From Escherichia phage vB_EcoS-BECP10: 47,915 nt of DNA. The translations under genes were made by a program, and so were the position numbers. Below, piece after piece: positions 14,550 to 25,300 of the stretch. Positions within the stretch are counted from its first letter, which is position 1; every line of letters starts with the position of its first letter. The stretch lies in the sequence record MW286156.1; one strand, 5' to 3'. The notes beneath the pieces are model-generated. The model ran no database searches. It was not told the origin of the DNA and worked only from the letters and a program-made list of their open reading frames with translations.

Positions 14550-17267
14550 ATGGCAATTTATGACGCTGGAACTGCATCGCTTGCAGCTGACGGAACTGTA
14601 ACTGGTGTTGGCACCACGTGGAGGCAACCACTAACGCTAATCCGAGTTGGCGCAACAATGATTTTTAACACCACCCCGACAAGCATTGTTACTATCGCTG
14701 AGATTTTAAGCGATACAGAGATTCGTGTATTCAATGATAAAGGTTTTACTGCGCCAGCTGGGACTCAGTACTCAATCCTTGCTCATGACGGAATTACTGT
14801 CCAAGGTCTTGCTCAGGACGTTGCTGAGACACTTCGTTATTATCAGTCCCGTGAAACAGAGGTTGCAGCGGCAGTTGATGCTTTTAATCAATTTGATTCT
14901 GATTCTTTCCAGCAAAGCGTAAATAATGTCAACATGCAATCTCAGCAAGTTGCTGTTGATGCTGCTCAAGTTTCTTCTGACAAAGATCAGGTATCTTCTG
15001 ATAGGCAGTTAGCTGAAAGTAGCGCTAACTCGGCTTCCTCTTCAGCTACAATAGCAAGCTCTGCTGCGGCTTCTGTGTCATCTGCTCTTGTAGTTGATTT
15101 CTCAAATGGTGGAGAAATAAACTCAAGAACTCAGCCTGCAATTTACTTTAATGACAATCATGTTTCGGTTTATTACTGGTCTGGTAGCGTTCCAAAATCC
15201 ATACCACAAAACTCATCACCACAGTCTACAGGTGGTATTGGAGTTGGTTTTTGGATTCAACAGGATTACACAAGAAGGTTTGAATCAGTATCAGCAATGA
15301 CAAACTCTGCCAGAATTTATGACTTAGAGGTTGTCTATTGTGATTCTTACATTGGTGGTCTTGGTTATGGTGGTGGGTTCTTTGTTTGTAAGCCGGAGTC
15401 ATCGTTATCATATGGATTATCTTCAGGATTGGTTTTTGAATCAAGTACCGGTTATTACTGGGAAAGAATCTGTAGCGGGGAGCTGTCGCCTTGCGAACTT
15501 GGAGCTATTAAGTCATCGACATCAGACTCAACGACACAGATACAGCAAATCCTAGACTCTGGGCTGGCATTAAAGCTTGATAGCGACTACATGGCATCAA
15601 ACCTGGTAATGAGAAATAAATCTTGCTCTATAATTGGTTTTGGCAAGCACAAATCAAGAATAACTCAGCTTAGTTCATCAATTGGCTCTTTAATTGAGGT
15701 ATCTGATTCTTGCTCGCTCATTCATATTGAAGGCATTGCTCTTTACGGCACTGGAGCCCAGCAAGACACGGCGTTTACTGATGGTACTGCTGGGATTTAC
15801 ATCCCTACGCCGACTGGGTTATCAACCAATTACCCATTCAACGCTGGTGCTGACCCTAGAAGGGACTTAACGATAAGAAACACTCACATTGCTGGGTTTG
15901 ATGTTTACGGAATTTTCGTTGCTGCTGGTAACTACTCTCCTGTTCTTGATGATGTTCTTATTCAGCACATAAAAAAAGACGGATTGATTAACGAAACAAC
16001 AGACTTCACATGGAATAACATACAGGTAAACACCTGTGGAAGAAATTGTCTAATACTTAGGAATGCCGGAAACTGTAGGATTGTTGGCGGTAAGTTTATT
16101 TGGTCGGGTTGGTCGGCTTATAATGAGCTTGATGATGCTTATGGCATCCTGATTGATAACTGCCAAAACATCACCATGTCAGCTATAGAGGCGCAGGATT
16201 GCGGTGGTGACGGTGTTAGAATTGTAAACTCTAGAAATGTGGTATTTAATGGATTAAATAGTAACAGGAACAGCATAAACTCAAACTACAGAGATTATAA
16301 CGTTTCGTTTTCAAATAGCTCTGTAAGAATCTATGGTTTTGTTGGGCTTAACTATGTATCTAACAATGGCGATGGAAGGCCAACTTCCGCTGGAAACTTC
16401 AGATTCCTTGACTCAAGATCTGATGTTGTGATCGACGGGGTTGTTGAATCTGGTTACTTTGGCCCAAATTTCTCAGGGGACACTAACTATGTTGCTGAGT
16501 ATTCAGGAAACCTGAAGATAAACGGACTGATAGATAAAAGGAAGACAAGAATTAAGCCAGCAAACGACACTTCAGCTTTTGATGGGGTCTCTAATACACC
16601 AGTATTCGCCGCAGCGGCATCATCAGTTGGGCAGCAATATTGGCTAAGGCTTTCACAGGCAAATAAAGATAAGATTATATGCACTGGATTTGACCCGTCA
16701 CTAGGTTTCACCGCTACATGCAATATATCGCCGACCATAACTGTTGCTGAAGACTTTAACCTTATGGCTATAGGGACTGGTTTTGGAGTTAATAGTAATG
16801 CTCTTTACTTGCAGTATAACGTGATGGCATCAGGAGAACACAGTGTCTCATTATTAATATCAGCATCAGGTGAAACAAGAGTTTTATCAGGTGTGTTGCC
16901 AGTCTCATCAAGAATGGTCAACGGTGGTACTTACAATATTGCTCTTGGTTTTGATGTATCTGGTAAGGTTTGGTGGAGCATCTTAAACCTGAATACTGGA
17001 TTTAGAGTTAGAAGGTCATTTGATTCTCAGTATATAGATATTGATGTCAGACCTATACTAACAACAGCTGGTAACTATGTAACCATGTATTCAGGTCAAG
17101 GCGCTGGTGATGTAGCTTGCTCTGGATATGGCTTTGGTGTTTACGTTGGCGGCTATTCAGATGAGTCTGATTATTGCGCTTCAAGATACTATTCGCTTAA
17201 AGGTGGTGTTGATTTGACAAAACAATCAGTATTTTTGAGTTTGAATGGTGATGTAACGTCACAATAA
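14550..17267 (+). CDS. Tail fibre / tailspike-like protein (905 aa)
   Basis: Large Ser/Gly/Asn-rich ORF with tail-fibre-like N-terminus; RBS AGGAGAAATAAC; bounded by terminators. Confidence 0.5.
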   Translation: MAIYDAGTASLAADGTVTGVGTTWRQPLTLIRVGATMIFNTTPTSIVTIAEILSDTEIRVFNDKGFTAPAGTQYSILAHDGITVQGLAQDVAETLRYYQSRETEVAAAVDAFNQFDSDSFQQSVNNVNMQSQQVAVDAAQVSSDKDQVSSDRQLAESSANSASSSATIASSAAASVSSALVVDFSNGGEINSRTQPAIYFNDNHVSVYYWSGSVPKSIPQNSSPQSTGGIGVGFWIQQDYTRRFESVSAMTNSARIYDLEVVYCDSYIGGLGYGGGFFVCKPESSLSYGLSSGLVFESSTGYYWERICSGELSPCELGAIKSSTSDSTTQIQQILDSGLALKLDSDYMASNLVMRNKSCSIIGFGKHKSRITQLSSSIGSLIEVSDSCSLIHIEGIALYGTGAQQDTAFTDGTAGIYIPTPTGLSTNYPFNAGADPRRDLTIRNTHIAGFDVYGIFVAAGNYSPVLDDVLIQHIKKDGLINETTDFTWNNIQVNTCGRNCLILRNAGNCRIVGGKFIWSGWSAYNELDDAYGILIDNCQNITMSAIEAQDCGGDGVRIVNSRNVVFNGLNSNRNSINSNYRDYNVSFSNSSVRIYGFVGLNYVSNNGDGRPTSAGNFRFLDSRSDVVIDGVVESGYFGPNFSGDTNYVAEYSGNLKINGLIDKRKTRIKPANDTSAFDGVSNTPVFAAAASSVGQQYWLRLSQANKDKIICTGFDPSLGFTATCNISPTITVAEDFNLMAIGTGFGVNSNALYLQYNVMASGEHSVSLLISASGETRVLSGVLPVSSRMVNGGTYNIALGFDVSGKVWWSILNLNTGFRVRRSFDSQYIDIDVRPILTTAGNYVTMYSGQGAGDVACSGYGFGVYVGGYSDESDYCASRYYSLKGGVDLTKQSVFLSLNGDVTSQ

Positions 17268-17292
17268 AAAAGCCCCGAAAGGGGCTTTATCT
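17268..17292. terminator. Bidirectional terminator AAAAAGCCCCGAAAGGGGCTT (copy 1)
   Basis: Perfect hairpin AGCCCC-GAAA-GGGGCT flanked by A-run and T-run between convergent genes; identical to the hairpin at 22304-22319. Confidence 0.7.
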
Positions 17293-17298
17293 TTTGCA

Positions 17299-17721
17299 TT
17301 AAAACGGAATATCATCTTCATCACTAAATCGGCTTTGTTGCTGCGGCTGCTGTCTCTGTTGCTGTTGAGCTTGTTGTCGCTGCTGCTGCTGTTCTGATTC
17401 ACCTCCTCGCTGACTAAACATCAATCGAGGATTCTGCAACTCAAGCGTAATATATGTCTTGCCATTATGTTCGCGCTCATTAACCGCTAATGAATCGCCG
17501 CTCACAGAGATAACTTTTCCTTCCTGAAATGCTTCATCATACCAACTAATTTGCGCCTCGCTTGCAAACATCGTAATACGATAGTTGGTGTACTTACGCT
17601 CGCCATCTCTAGTCTTATAAGATTCGCTCATTTCAATAGCGTACATCTTCCAGTTACCTTTAGCATTCTGACCGTCTTTAGTGAAAGGAGCCTTGCGAAT
17701 CTGACCGGTAATTACGTGCAT
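17299..17721 (-). CDS. ssb: Single-stranded DNA-binding protein
   Basis: OB-fold-like N-terminus, Gln-rich linker and acidic C-terminal tail ending DEDDIPF. Confidence 0.85.
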   Translation of the reverse strand: MHVITGQIRKAPFTKDGQNAKGNWKMYAIEMSESYKTRDGERKYTNYRITMFASEAQISWYDEAFQEGKVISVSGDSLAVNEREHNGKTYITLELQNPRLMFSQRGGESEQQQQRQQAQQQQRQQPQQQSRFSDEDDIPF

Positions 17722-17768
17722 ATTATTCTCTCTTCTCGTTTGATTTTGTGGCCGAAGCTCCGTTTAAT

Positions 17769-18419
17769 TTAGAACTGCTCGATTGATTGTGATTCTACAG
17801 CTTCACTCGGTGCATTTGCAACAACTTTAGTCACTTCTTTTGGTTTCGCTGGGTTAAAGCCACTCGCGGAAGCCATCTTAATCTCTGCCTGTTTATCGAT
17901 GATCGCTTTCTCTACAATTCCCCATGTTGCCGCGTCAGCTTGTGATTTGCATGATTTGTATATTTCAATTAGTTCTTCGCGAGTTTCTGCTTTCTCAACT
18001 TCTTTTTTCCAGTCCTTCACGCTCTTAACCGCAAGATTACCGTCATCATCAGCCTGACTAAGACCGAGAGCTGCCGTAATAGCGTAGCGTCGAGCGTACG
18101 TTAATGATGAGCCGGTTCCCTGACAATCATTTTTAGCCAACGGAACGATGGTCAGGAAAGAAACCCATTCAGCAGACTCAGCATGGTAAATCTTAGTCTC
18201 AACCTTAATCTGATTTGCAACTTCTGACTCAAGCATACTCTGGAACATTACCAGACCGCTATCTTCAAGACCCGGTTCTACAGCCGCCAGAACGTCATCA
18301 AGTGTTGCGTATTTGTTCTTGAGGTGTGAGTTCTGCTTTGACTTTTCTGCCTTCGCAAACTTGCTCTTAGCCTCGAATAGAGCCTTTAAAACGTTTGTGT
18401 TTTTATCGCTGGTATTCAT
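17769..18419 (-). CDS. Single-strand annealing recombination protein (Erf-like)
   Basis: Internal Met of track ORF; GSSLTYARRYAITAALGL motif; synteny with SSB and exonuclease. Confidence 0.5.
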   Translation of the reverse strand: MNTSDKNTNVLKALFEAKSKFAKAEKSKQNSHLKNKYATLDDVLAAVEPGLEDSGLVMFQSMLESEVANQIKVETKIYHAESAEWVSFLTIVPLAKNDCQGTGSSLTYARRYAITAALGLSQADDDGNLAVKSVKDWKKEVEKAETREELIEIYKSCKSQADAATWGIVEKAIIDKQAEIKMASASGFNPAKPKEVTKVVANAPSEAVESQSIEQF

Positions 18420-18491
18420 ACTTTTCCTCTCGTTGTCGATGAGGTAACTATACCTCACCGATTTAATGTTGTTTTAGCTATTCGTGCTGTT
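18420..18491 (-). promoter_or_regulatory. Promoter module 14 (minus): IR variant 18475-18489, hairpin over TATAGT, leader CCTCATCGACAACGAGAGG
   Basis: Minus-strand CAGCACGAATAGCTAAAAC then GAGGTATAGTTACCTC and leader box. Confidence 0.55.
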
Positions 18492-19442
18492 TTCGTACTT
18501 TGACATATAGTAAGACGGTACTTGCAACTCCATTGAATCCTCAATCATGTTGTATCCAGGCCATTTGTCATACTTCTTGCATTGCTTGTATGTTGCCAAT
18601 GCCTGCATATACTGGCGGCGGCCTAAAGCAATGTGCGCATCTGATAATGTGTAAAGCATAGGCAGGTATGGCGCCTTTTTCTCCTGAGCTAGCAGTTGTA
18701 CAATAACCTTTCGCTTTTCGTTGAACGCACGAACAAACAGGTCGCGCTGTAAAGCCATTTTAAGCAAGTAGCCATAATTGGCAGCAAGCCTACCAAATCC
18801 TTCAGGTGACGCGTCAGAGGTCGTCTTGTAATCTGTGATATAGACAACATCATCAACCACGTCAACATGGTCCAGCCTGACCTTAACTCCGCACTCATTA
18901 ATATCGCCGAAGATTGATAACTCTCGCTGAGCGGTTTTACTGTTCACTATCGCATTGTATGCAGGAATTCCGCACAGCACCTCTCGCATCGCATGTACTG
19001 TGTCAAAGTCTTTAGCTGATACAATCTCGCGACCGTTCGCTTTAACCTCGCTAGAGCGCTGAATATCCCACCATACGTTAAGTGATTCACCGCTCAGCGA
19101 CAGAATCTCCATTAATTCTGGATAATCCTTACCAGATGTTCCAGCAATACCCATCGACTTCAACCGAGTTGCCAAAGCAGTCTTGCTAGTAATCAGATCC
19201 TCAAACTCTTCTTGCGCTGGCTGGCGATAGTAAGTCGCATCGAATACAGAGTTTTCAAGAATAACCGTGTGGGCTAATGTACCGAACTTTAACGCCTTAT
19301 TGCTATCATCATGCTCTGCAAACTTATAAGCAGCGGGGCAGGTTGAGAAGATGTGAGCCAGACCAGAGCCAGACACATGGTCTGACTCCTTGTGGTAGGC
19401 CTCGTTGGTTAACTCGTCGCTAGTGTAAACCTTGAAGCTCAT
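18474..19442 (-). CDS. PD-(D/E)XK family exonuclease (recombination exonuclease, 322 aa)
   Basis: Motif DHVDVVDDVVYITDYKTT consistent with a D...(D/E)xK nuclease core; adjacent to annealing protein and SSB. Confidence 0.55.
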   Translation of the reverse strand: MSFKVYTSDELTNEAYHKESDHVSGSGLAHIFSTCPAAYKFAEHDDSNKALKFGTLAHTVILENSVFDATYYRQPAQEEFEDLITSKTALATRLKSMGIAGTSGKDYPELMEILSLSGESLNVWWDIQRSSEVKANGREIVSAKDFDTVHAMREVLCGIPAYNAIVNSKTAQRELSIFGDINECGVKVRLDHVDVVDDVVYITDYKTTSDASPEGFGRLAANYGYLLKMALQRDLFVRAFNEKRKVIVQLLAQEKKAPYLPMLYTLSDAHIALGRRQYMQALATYKQCKKYDKWPGYNMIEDSMELQVPSYYMSKYENSTNS

Positions 19443-19445
19443 GAT

Positions 19446-19640
19446 TTATTCCTTCACCTTAATAATCTTCATTACTGAACCAAGCTCCTCATCTGTCACG
19501 TGGGCGTATTCAATAGCTTCCTGCTTTGTCTCAAATCTTGCTGCCTCTGATTTATTGCTTGTGTAACCTGAGCCATCTACACAGTAGTAACATGTACCAA
19601 AAATCGGATTGTTTCGCTCTTGAATAATGAAGTATGCCAT
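19446..19640 (-). CDS. Hypothetical small protein (64 aa)
   Basis: ORF track; RBS GAGAGAGA upstream. Confidence 0.45.
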   Translation of the reverse strand: MAYFIIQERNNPIFGTCYYCVDGSGYTSNKSEAARFETKQEAIEYAHVTDEELGSVMKIIKVKE

Positions 19641-19792
19641 TTTTCTATCTCTCTCTGTTTATGTGGTTTAACTATGCCATCCGTAGCTAAGTTTATCCAA
19701 TTGGTTTTGCCTATTAGTTAACGGTCAACATTTTTATTGACCGTACAGTCAACATTTTTGTTTCCTGTACTGGAAGCGTTTTTGTTTACTGA

Positions 19793-20512
19793 TTACTTTT
19801 TACCAAGCTTAAGCGGTTCGCCTTTATGCACCAGATTGGCAATCAGATCATCTTTAGCCTTTAACTTCTCGCAAGCAACCTCAAGCTGAGCCTGGTACTT
19901 GTAAACCAACTCTTGAGAGTCATGGTAACGATTTGACTCGAATTTAACATCGAAGTATTGCTCATCAAGTTCTGCAGGATTTTCGCACTTATCCATGTTC
20001 TTAAACATGAACTTCTCAATTGCGTAATAGTTATCCTCAGCTCTGTGCTGTGCAGCCTTTGCTGATGCCGCCTCAACTTTGTAAACCTTAACCTCATCAA
20101 GTGAAACCATCTTCTTCATGTGCTCTTTAAGGAGCTTGTTTTCCCGCTCAAGGTGTAGCCAGCGGTCAACAATCTTTGCGGCTACCTTTCTGTTGTAACC
20201 AACCATCAAAATCATGGTTTCACGATATGGCAAGTTGAAGCATGGCTGAGTTTGGCCTCTTGAGTTTTTGTACTCAGATTCAAATGGGTGTTTAATCTGG
20301 CGGTCCACATTTGAGCCGCGAGATTCATTTTGAATTTCACTCCTCAAATTTGAGGAGTGAGATTGGCTAAATCCTGAGCATATCTCATTATCATTCAGCA
20401 TTTCTCTAATATCCCTTACTACGTTATCGTGACGCTTCCCGGTCAATTCAGCAATCTCAAGGCTGCTCATGGTTACGTTTTCATCAATATTAATCAGATT
20501 CATATCTATCAT
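19793..20512 (-). CDS. Rha-family phage regulatory protein (about 240 aa)
   Basis: N-terminal motif TMSSLEIAELTGKRHDNVVRDIREML; start taken at the internal Met (MIDMNLI) with RBS; exact start uncertain. Confidence 0.55.
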   Translation of the reverse strand: MIDMNLINIDENVTMSSLEIAELTGKRHDNVVRDIREMLNDNEICSGFSQSHSSNLRSEIQNESRGSNVDRQIKHPFESEYKNSRGQTQPCFNLPYRETMILMVGYNRKVAAKIVDRWLHLERENKLLKEHMKKMVSLDEVKVYKVEAASAKAAQHRAEDNYYAIEKFMFKNMDKCENPAELDEQYFDVKFESNRYHDSQELVYKYQAQLEVACEKLKAKDDLIANLVHKGEPLKLGKK

Positions 20513-20648
20513 CTCTCGTTTTTGGGGTTGAATTATTTTCACTCCCGTATTTTGTGGTGCATTTTTTTGCATCAAAAGCAGCACCACTGCTGCCGGTGAG
20601 TGCACTATAACCAATCAGGAAGCATCAGTTTTGATTATTCGTGCTATT
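20513..20648 (-). promoter_or_regulatory. Promoter module 15 (minus): half-degenerate IR 20632-20646 upstream of the Rha-like gene
   Basis: Minus-strand AAATAGCACGAATAATCAAAAC; leader box poorly conserved. Confidence 0.4.
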
Positions 20649-20649
20649 T

Positions 20650-21003
20650 GTATATCTGTGTAAAACTCACCTAAATACGGTTCGCTACCTTCTAAACCGC
20701 ACCAGCACTGGCTGTAACTCTTGTAACCAATGTATCCACCACAATTGCACCCTATCTATATCTATATGCATCCCCTCCTTAACAGGAAGTCAAACATAGT
20801 ATTTTAGAAAAACACACCAACATAACCATAGAGAGTAGTTACAATATATACAAACAAATATAGTAATAATAATAATTACTCTAAACCCTTATTATATAAG
20901 GATTCTATAGTGTAACTAATGCGTATCTTCGCGTAAAAAGCGTATACAATTTTCCGCGTATGAGATTGTATACATCGAGTTACATCGGTTACGCGTATAT
21001 CAA
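20650..21003. promoter_or_regulatory. AT-rich ORF-free control region A at the minus/plus divergence point; partly homologous to region B
   Basis: No ORF of 60 aa or more; shares TAATAATAATAAT, TTATATAAGGAT, TAGTGTA, GCGTATA.AATT, ACATCGG, ACGCGTATAT blocks with 47490-47640. Confidence 0.5.
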
Positions 21004-21088
21004 ATAGCACGATTTGCTAAAGACTCCAGCAGAAGCCTTTGCTATAGTTACTCCATCGAAACGAAACATACTTACTAAGGAATACAAA
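21004..21088 (+). promoter_or_regulatory. Promoter module 8: IR 21006-21020, TGCTATAGT, CATCGAAACGAAA
   Basis: AAATAGCACGATTTGCTAAAG, about 23-nt spacer, extended -10-like TGCTATAGT, leader, RBS AAGGA. Confidence 0.65.
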
Positions 21089-21334
21089 ATGACTAACTTC
21101 ATCAAATCAGCAATCATCGCAGCAGCAGTAATCATGACGGTAGGTTGTTCTTCTGGTCCGCGCCCTGACGGATGGTGTGCGACTCAGGCGGGTGATGTTT
21201 GCGTAGCTAAGTGGAAAGGTGGTGTTATTGTTGCAGCTGGAGAGGTTGATATTCGTTATGCTGGCATTGAGTCAAAGGTTGGTGGAGGCTACGGCGGCTC
21301 AGTTGCAGATCACGGCTCAAAGGAGTGGAAATAA
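21089..21334 (+). CDS. Small lipoprotein (81 aa), candidate superinfection-exclusion or receptor-blocking protein (Cor/Llp-like role)
   Basis: Signal peptide with lipobox-like VIMTVGC; small size; first gene of an IR-driven operon with a tail-fibre-like gene. Confidence 0.45.
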   Translation: MTNFIKSAIIAAAVIMTVGCSSGPRPDGWCATQAGDVCVAKWKGGVIVAAGEVDIRYAGIESKVGGGYGGSVADHGSKEWK

Positions 21335-22296
21335 TGCCTCAAGGTATCTTGATAGATTTGAATGACGGAAGGCCAGCAATGGAAATCACAGCTGGCTTGA
21401 GAGTTCCAGCCGTGACTGGTTCAATAAACACTAGCGGGTTAAGCTCACCAGCATCATCATGGGATTTCGGTCTGACTATGACTCCTGGCTCAACAGCATT
21501 CTGCCTGCCAACTCAGGCTGTTTATGTTGATGCATATGATGTTATACCAGAAGTTTATTACATGAATGGGTTCTCGAAGGTTAATGATGGGGTTGGAAGG
21601 ATTACATTAAGTAACTTTAACGGCGCTAATGGTCGCATATTGCAGTTTGGCGGTCAGTGCTTTGAGATTTTACCAGCATCATCACAATCAAGCCCCGGTG
21701 TCCTTGTTGAGAACTCGACTGACTTTACAGCGATATCAAGCAATTCCAGATTAATGACTGCTGCTTGGGTTGGTGGCATCCAGGTTAATGGATCTGCATC
21801 ATTGCCAGTTGGCGGCATTCCTTTTGGTAAATGGGATAACCCAAACGTATCCCTTGAAAGTGATGGTAGTACGATATGGTGTAGGGATATAACATACAAT
21901 GGGATTGATGATGTTGCTGCAAGTACTTACGTTCAGTTAGTTATTTTCAATAATACACCTCCAGTAGCTGGTCCGGGTTTAACGATATCAAACAGCGCTG
22001 GGCAGATAGTTTTCTCTAGTGTCAGGAGGCCATTTGTTCTAAGTGGATTTATGCAGATTAATAATGGTTACCAGTCGGTGAATGGTGGGTTCTTCCCAAT
22101 ACTTAGATGCGGAGCGACAACTAGAGTCACTGGTGGATATAATAACTTACGATACAAGGGTGTTTGCATGTCTGGAGGTTCAGTTAGAGCCGTCCCAGGC
22201 ACTGTTATAGGTAACTATTCAACTCAAACTGGCGCGCAATTCCCATTTGATACAAACATATCAATGGCACTTCCATTTATTCCCAACTTCTACTAA
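21334..22296 (+). CDS. Putative tail fibre or receptor-binding protein (320 aa)
   Basis: Internal Met of track ORF with RBS AAGGAG; Gly/Ser/Asn/Thr-rich; ends at the shared bidirectional terminator opposite J. Confidence 0.35.
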   Translation: MPQGILIDLNDGRPAMEITAGLRVPAVTGSINTSGLSSPASSWDFGLTMTPGSTAFCLPTQAVYVDAYDVIPEVYYMNGFSKVNDGVGRITLSNFNGANGRILQFGGQCFEILPASSQSSPGVLVENSTDFTAISSNSRLMTAAWVGGIQVNGSASLPVGGIPFGKWDNPNVSLESDGSTIWCRDITYNGIDDVAASTYVQLVIFNNTPPVAGPGLTISNSAGQIVFSSVRRPFVLSGFMQINNGYQSVNGGFFPILRCGATTRVTGGYNNLRYKGVCMSGGSVRAVPGTVIGNYSTQTGAQFPFDTNISMALPFIPNFY

Positions 22297-22298
22297 AA

Positions 22299-22322
22299 GA
22301 AAAAGCCCCGAAAGGGGCTTAA
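22299..22322. terminator. Bidirectional terminator AAAAAGCCCCGAAAGGGGCTT (copy 2)
   Basis: Same perfect hairpin as at 17271-17286, between convergent genes. Confidence 0.7.
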
Positions 22323-22326
22323 TCAT

Positions 22327-25300
22327 TTACCATACTCCAACCACTACCCTACCTCCATTTGGTAAATTAACAGTTATGCCGTTATTGTTTATTACGACAG
22401 TATTGTTGGTTCCGTTAAACGCGAAGTTACCATTGTTAGCGTACAAACTACCGCGAACGGTAGCGTTACTTAACTCAGCAAAACCAGATTTATCAATTGC
22501 CCAACCAGCACTACCAGCAACATAGTTGTTTGATTGAATCCTGTTACCAATCTTCGCGTTAGTAATTGAACCATCCTGAATCACCGCGCTCTGAATGAAC
22601 ACCTGGTTATTCTCCACAACGAAAGGCAGTGACCACTGACCGGATCCAGAACTAATACCGTTGCTGATTGCGAACCTGTTAGCATCAAAAATAAACTGAC
22701 TACGAACATTTCCACCACTACCAGTTAACTCCATGCTCATTCCAGCGCCGTACTCAACTCCATTGTACTTCAGGCCAAGCTTAACGCCGTACTGAACACC
22801 AACCCCTTCAACCGTAGCGTAAGAGTCAAGCTTCTGATTCAAAGCCGCCTCGTTATCACCAAGCCTTGCGCTTAATTGAGTATCAGCTGTAGCCCTGGCT
22901 TCGGTCTCCGTAGCAAGCGCGGTTTCAATTGTCGTAATCTGACCAACAATCTCATCATCAATCTGCGCTTTAAGCTGCGTGAGAGAGTCCACACGGGCCT
23001 GAGTTTCATCAGCAATCAAACTTACAGCCTGACGATATTCAGCCTTCCTTGCGCCATTCTCGCGCTTCATAACGCGAACGTCAGTATCGTTTGCCAGGGC
23101 GTTCTCTATAATTGCCTCAGCCTGATTCTGGATATCCGTGTTTGCATCAATGGCGTTCTGAAGTAGGTACTTGTAACCATCAGAGTTTTCGATATCAACC
23201 TTGATATCACCAATTATTGCACTTACGTCGTCAGATGCCATGCCCCTTACAAAATCAGTCCATGGCGATACGTTACCTATCCTGTCAATAATCCTCGCTC
23301 TGTACCACCTCACGTTACCTGCTGGTAAAGTGGTGTGCCAGTATTCGTACTGAGGATACGGAACCAGTGTAAGCAGCGATGCGCTCTCTGGATTGTATGT
23401 ACCGTCACCATTATCAGGAACCTGCTGAAGCTCAGTGTACGCAGTGTCAGCTGAATCAGTAGGAAAACCCCACTTAACCCTAATCCCGAAAACCTCATCA
23501 TCAGATGCGGTAATTACAGGCAGCGCCGAAGGTTCCCCAATCTTGCCGGTCAGGCTAACTGTCGTTATATCAGACCAGGCAGATACTGATTTCTGGTCAG
23601 TTACGGCACGAACCCTGACGTCGTAGATGCCAGCGTAAATTCCTTCAATATCAACCTCGGTGTTAGCCGTCTCTGGTACGTTAATCCAGTTACCATTGTT
23701 CTTACGCCATTGTACGTTGTATGTTTTCGCATACTGCACCTTGTCGTAACCAATAACCATCGTCTCAACGCTTAAACCCTGAACTACCTTGCTGTAACTA
23801 GTAACGGTGATATTTTCAGGTGGTAAAATCCTGTCAGGGTCAACGATACTTGTTGGCCTGTCGTCAATATTCACACCATAGTCAATCTCGTCATACTTGT
23901 TCGGGTCATACTGCACCGCAGTGATGCTGTACTGGAATGAATCCTCGCCGTCCGTGTTTGCTTTTTGAATTCCTGTCACAACGTATTGCTGCAACGCCAG
24001 ATTCTGCTTGTCGATTGCAAATACCGTATCCGGCTGAGGTGTGAAGCTGAATGCTGTATTCAGTTCAAGCGTCAACTTATCGGCAGATACTGAAGCGATA
24101 GTCCTGTACTCTGGGCTCCCATCTGGCTTGTTGATTAAAATCCTGTCGCCAGGGTCAGCATCAATAGCGAATGGCACGAACACCTGCAAACCTGTAGCTT
24201 CAACAATTCGACCCGAAAGGTTTAATGTGTAGTTGCTTGACCAAGCCTGGTCATTAACGGCAATTACATCACCAATCATCGGAATCATCCCCTCAAGGCC
24301 AGTTGTGAATGTTACCGTTTCACTTCGAAGGTTTGTTTTCAGCAACCAACGACCACGGCGGTTAGCCTCGCTTCGCCTTACGCAGCCAATTGCAGTCAAG
24401 TCTACAGGGTTGTAACCAAATCGGCGTGTTGCTTCTAAGTCGAATACTGGCTCGACGTCCTGCTGGTAGTTGTTCTGCTCGTCATCAAACTGAACGTTGG
24501 CTGTCGTGTAAAGGCTCTTGTCGCTAGAGAATGTCCTGTTAAACAATCCATCAACAACGTTATCATTAGTGAACACATAGCTTGGCTGGCGCGGCCTGTC
24601 TACAACAATCCCGATTTGCTCACCATCATAGAAGGTTAAACCGCGGAAGATAGAACAGATGTCACGAATAAGCTGATACGCTTCCACTTTCTGCTGAATG
24701 ACAACGTTACAAGTATATCGCGGCTCCATTCCACCCTTACCATCAGGAACCATCTGGTCGCAGAATTGCGCTGCTTCATACAGACCCCATTTATCAATCT
24801 CAACACCAAGTTCTCGCTGATCTAAACCGTAACGCTGGCTAACCACCAGGTCATATAAAACCCAGGCCGGGTTGTCAGACCATGCCATTTTAAAGGTTCC
24901 ATTCCATGCTCCGCTATAAGTTCTTGTCTCTGGATTGTAGTTTGTCGGCACACGGATAAGCTTCCACTTTTTCTTAATGGCTATCGTTGGGATGCCATTA
25001 GGGAACAGGTCAGAACTGAACTCCACATAAACAAGTGCCGTAAGAGGGTAGCGGAACTTAGCGTCGATTACTTCCTGATAGGTTGTAATCTGCATTCCGT
25101 TAACTAGAGTGCTACTTGTTGAGTCTGGCGTTAACTTCCTAATACGAACAAGAGCGCTGCTAAACTCGGCTGGTAGGTTAACCCTGATGCTGCGGTCGTA
25201 ACCTGTTGTAGTTTTACCGTTAGCCACGCCTCTGGTATATTCCGTGTACGCTGCGCCATTAACTGATAAATCGATTGCATATTCACATGTTGTTCCATTT

